Shown: positions 62,798 to 64,000 of the stretch, one piece after another
Layout: each line of letters begins with the position of its first letter
Position numbering within the stretch: position 1 is the stretch's first letter
Assembly: GCA_947630765.1 (NCBI GenBank)
Contig: CANRIX010000002.1
Location: forward strand, 103,387 to 167,386
Length of the DNA: 64,000 bases
Direction: 5' to 3'
Source: an uncultured Clostridia bacterium
GTDB taxonomy: Bacteria > Bacillota > Clostridia > Oscillospirales > CAG-382
Notes under the pieces: generated by a model
Told to the model about the DNA's origin: nothing
Database searches by the model: none
Seen by the model: the letters and a program-made list of their open reading frames with translations, nothing else
Position numbers and translations under genes: made by a program

Positions 62798-63777
62798 GTG
62801 CGGGACCTCCTTGCGCCTTCCCGGTTTCCGGCGTGGGATTCGTAGGCTTCGATGATCTTCTGCACGAGCGGGTGGCGGACGATGTCCTTGCGCGTAAAGC
62901 GGAAGATCTCGATGTCCTTGATGCCCTTCAGCACGTCGATGGCTTCGACGAGCCCGCTGTGGGACGGGTGCGGCAGGTCGATCTGCGTCACGTCGCCGGT
63001 GACGACCGCCTTGCTGTTGTTTCCGAGGCGGGTCAGGAACATCTTCATCTGCTCCGGGGTCGTGTTCTGCGCCTCGTCAAGGATGATGAACGCGTCGTCG
63101 AGCGTCCGTCCGCGCATATACGCGAGCGGGCAGATCTCCAGAATGCCTTTCTCCGCCGACCGCGCCGCCCCCTCGCTGCCGAGCAGCTCGCCGAGCGCGT
63201 CGTACAGCGGACGCAGGTACGGGTCGATCTTGCTTTGCAGGTCGCCCGGCAGAAAGCCGAGCTTTTCCCCCGCTTCGACGGCAGGGCGGGTCAGGACGAT
63301 GCGGGAGACCTGCTTCTGCTTGAGCGCCGTGACCGCCATGGCGACGGCGAGGAAAGTCTTCCCGGTCCCGGCGGGACCGACGCCGAACACGAGCGTGTTG
63401 TCCCGGATCGCATCGACGTACTTTCGCTGCCCGACGGTGCGGGCCTTGACGGGTTTCCCCTTGCCGGTCAGGCAGATGCAGTCGCTGTAAAGCGCGGACA
63501 GCTCGTCCGAGCGGTCCTCGCGGATCATGGAAATGACGTACTGCAGGCTGTTCGGGTCGATGGTGCCGGAGAGGGAGGAGAGCTTTTGCAATTGCCGGAT
63601 ACAGGCGCACGCCTGCTCGACCTCCCGCTCGTCCTCGCCCTGTACCTTCACGCCGCCGTCCCGGCAGAGCACGACCACTCCGAATTCGTCCTCGAGCGCA
63701 CGCAGATTGGAATCCAGCGTGCCGAACAGCTGCGCGAGGAATTCGACGGAAAGCTCCGTCAGATTTTTTTCGATCAT
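62794..63777 (-). CDS. phoH: PhoH-family ATPase
   Basis: Walker A GPAGTGKTFLA and the LDEAQN motif. Start trimmed to ATG 63777 (MIEKNLTEL). Confidence 0.85.
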   Translation of the reverse strand: MIEKNLTELSVEFLAQLFGTLDSNLRALEDEFGVVVLCRDGGVKVQGEDEREVEQACACIRQLQKLSSLSGTIDPNSLQYVISMIREDRSDELSALYSDCICLTGKGKPVKARTVGQRKYVDAIRDNTLVFGVGPAGTGKTFLAVAMAVTALKQKQVSRIVLTRPAVEAGEKLGFLPGDLQSKIDPYLRPLYDALGELLGSEGAARSAEKGILEICPLAYMRGRTLDDAFIILDEAQNTTPEQMKMFLTRLGNNSKAVVTGDVTQIDLPHPSHSGLVEAIDVLKGIKDIEIFRFTRKDIVRHPLVQKIIEAYESHAGNREGARRSRT

Positions 63778-63878
63778 ATGGAACAGAATACCTTTTTCTT
63801 TCAGTTTTCCCGGCAAAAAGCGGGGACGTCTCCGCATCCCCTCCGCTCCGCGCGGAAGGGACGGATTCTTTCCACAAT

Positions 63879-63907
63879 AGTATAACACAGTTTTTGCGGT
63901 TTGTCAA
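63879..63907 (-). promoter_or_regulatory. phoH-ybeY-era-recO operon promoter (TTGACA-17-TATACT)
   Basis: Minus strand reads TTGACAaaccgcaaaaactgtgtTATACT. Confidence 0.45.
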
Positions 63908-64000
63908 AGGAATTTCGCTTTTTCTCTTGACGAAATCTGTCTGTGTTACAATGATGTGTGACAAAAAGCAAAAAAAGAGTGGCGAATAGGAGAAACCTGT

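Overview
This is a GC-rich, Clostridia-type chromosomal segment. SCIFF, a GerA-type germination gene, SpoVD/SpoVE-like dcw genes and a dockerin protein suggest an Oscillospirales/Ruminococcaceae-like spore former, but that is inference only. Most of the window is syntenic housekeeping. Left to right it holds: ylmH (partial) and an HdeD-like gene; the SCIFF ranthipeptide pair scfA/scfB with a coupled HAD gene; a compact dcw cluster (mraZ-rsmH-ftsL-PBP-mraY-ftsW-murG-ftsQ-ftsZ); GNAT; a GerA-family locus; an M23 peptidase followed by redox genes and isolated trpC-trpF; htrA plus an ECF sigma/anti-sigma pair; an ECF-type transporter; GH27 alpha-galactosidase; a dockerin protein and surface proteins; an 8-gene thiamine operon under a TPP riboswitch; an orphan ParB-like gene; the rimP-nusA-ylxR-ylxQ-infB-rbfA-nrnA-truB operon; tRNA-Met and tRNA-Glu; a sigma factor with a long C-terminal fusion; Rrf2; MFS; radical SAM; pepF; mutS2; and recO-era-ybeY-phoH. 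High GC produces many long spurious antisense ORFs in the track, and several track ORFs needed start-codon trimming. The strongest unexplained signal is a ~190-nt structured, non-coding repeat in three co-oriented copies (about 1161-1349, 28891-29092, 55994-56193). Each copy abuts the TAA stop codon of a minus-strand gene and contains two hairpin modules with compensatory base changes. I could not assign it to any RNA or mobile-element family from memory. Secondary points are a 25-bp perfect tandem direct repeat in the sigma-fusion/Rrf2 divergent region, a 14-bp perfect inverted repeat upstream of the orphan ParB-like gene, an apparently non-ATG start for Rrf2, and a homopolymer-dependent start problem in the GHL10 gene. 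No CRISPR array, rRNA, transposase or prophage gene was seen.
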